Source: Candidatus Binatia bacterium
GTDB taxonomy: Bacteria > Desulfobacterota > Binatia > UBA9968
DNA: 26,100 nucleotides
Direction of reading: 5' to 3'
NCBI GenBank assembly: GCA_035693605.1
Contig: DASSGE010000078.1
Coordinates: 1-26,100, forward strand
A program made the position numbers and the translations under genes. The notes under the pieces are model-generated. The model had not been told where the DNA came from and did not search any database. It worked only from the letters and a program-made list of their open reading frames with translations. Below are positions 26,041 to 26,100 of this stretch, piece by piece; position 1 is the stretch's first letter, and each line of letters opens with the position of its first letter.

Positions 26041-26100
26041 GAAAATACATGTGCAGATACGAACTGGACGACGAATTGGCATGACGAATCACGGAGGAAT

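Noticed and set aside
26041-26100. Possible gene start or SD (GGAGG) at the window edge
   Set aside because: Too little sequence to support a feature.

Overview
Bacterial chromosomal window (roughly 55-60% GC by eye). Gene order and content suggest a deltaproteobacteria-like lineage, possibly Binatia/Binatota; this is an inference, not a database result. About 1-8.3 kb is accessory/metabolic: a partial Mer-like LLM oxidoreductase, an ornithine cyclodeaminase-family protein, a Zn-ribbon/TM/coiled-coil/SH3 protein, an apparently exported His/Pro-rich SAM methyltransferase, two orphan NMT1/SsuA-like substrate-binding-fold proteins (one with no signal peptide), a sulfurtransferase and an AttH/lipocalin-like protein. 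About 8.3-25.9 kb is a co-directional housekeeping run: tilS-ftsH-folP-cdaA-cdaR-glmM-pdxJ-nnr-tsaE-ask-cimA-cysE-mnmA-mtaB-rnc. I see no rRNA, tRNA, CRISPR array, transposase, integrase or phage gene. The least explained signals are mostly non-coding: a ~205 nt structured element at 2670-2874 with alternative pairings, a perfect 28-bp palindrome centred on the mnmA stop codon, and several families of 7-9 nt periodic or inverted repeats at gene junctions. I cannot demonstrate a novel multi-gene system from sequence alone; the findings are leads. Start codons were refined by eye and some are uncertain.
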